A stretch of 64,000 bases of DNA, counting the filler, from Circinaria calcarea (taxonomy: Eukaryota): assembly GCA_051942165.1 (NCBI GenBank). It is 43 parts of 43 records of this genome, joined end to end, with 100 filler letters (N's around TTAATTAATTAA, not from the genome) between each part and the next. Parts side by side here need not be neighbours in the genome. Positions count along the whole stretch, not along the records: positions 62,689 to 64,000 come from JAVECS010004929.1; 42 more parts are not named here. The stretch is one strand, 5' to 3'. Position 1 is the stretch's first letter. The number at the start of each line of letters is the position of its first letter. The translations under genes were made by a program, and so were the position numbers. Below are positions 63,425-64,000 of the stretch, piece after piece. Below the pieces are notes generated by a model. The model was given only the letters and a program-made list of their open reading frames with translations, was not told where the DNA came from and searched no databases.

Positions 63425-64000
63425 GCTGCCAGTCCACTTTACTATTGGACCGAACAGTATACAGCTACTACATAAAGCCATGACATATTCAAAAATTTAG
63501 ACTTCAAGCAATTCTATAGTAGATGAGACAGTCACTCATGTAGACGATCGTGACCTTACCATTTTTACCAGGCATCCGGAGGATATTGATGTCATGAGGA
63601 TTATCTTCCAACTGCCTCAATTTCGATTTCGCAAAGGTAATATCAGTTATAATGCAATCTGAGAAACAAGGAGCTGTTCACGAAGCAATCGCCATTTTAC
63701 AGTTGGTTTCAACCCGGTGATTAAAATGTCGAACAACATCCAACACGATTTTTAAAACATGGCAAGAAGAAGATACCTAACCCCTAATTCCACCGTAATT
63801 ATTCCAGGCAATTAACCAAGGCCTATCGATTAATCCTACCCTATCTTTATCATCCAGGCAATTCCCTCCAACCCCCTCCCCTCGGATCGCCAATCCAATC
63901 CCATACCAGAGATCTCAAGACCTCAATCCGAACCCCCCATCCTAACTATCCTCCCCCCGGTCCACACTTCACGACGACCCCTTCCAGCAAAGGACACAGA

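Noticed and set aside
1..64000. Gene clusters or operon-like systems spanning spacers (e.g. AKR + GMC, DUF3328 + MFS, MRE11/TDG/CTF4/SprT as a repair island)
   Set aside because: Fragments are size-sorted contigs joined artificially, so neighbours across N spacers are unrelated.

Overview
This window is not contiguous genome. It is an artificial concatenation of 43 short fragments (about 1406 bp falling to 1377 bp, i.e. size-sorted contigs) joined by 42 identical 100-nt spacers (N44-TTAATTAATTAA-N44, stop codons in all six frames). Adjacency is meaningful only inside a fragment. The content is filamentous-ascomycete (Pezizomycotina-type) DNA: short GT..AG introns with CTRAC-type branch sites, and mostly truncated housekeeping genes (MRI1, WRS1, UPS1-like, EGD2, RPL14, MRE11, MBF1, ETF-QO, ERV1, CTF4/sepB, cnxH, SFK1, DIP5, TRK and others). 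One mitochondrial fragment (nad2, TGA=Trp) and several repeat-rich or RIP-like fragments are also present. The most interesting non-genic signals are: (i) a complete 682-bp non-autonomous Mutator-like element with 85-bp TIRs and a 9-bp target duplication; (ii) a family of satellite-bearing, hairpin-ended elements seen in two independent contigs, plus a possible second family, whose layout resembles Helentron/DINE-1-type non-autonomous rolling-circle elements; (iii) a complete UstYa/DUF3328 oxidase gene hinting at a fungal RiPP-type cluster; (iv) an SprT-like HExxH protein. No multi-gene novel system can be demonstrated, because the fragments are too short. All family assignments come from motif recognition, not from database searches.
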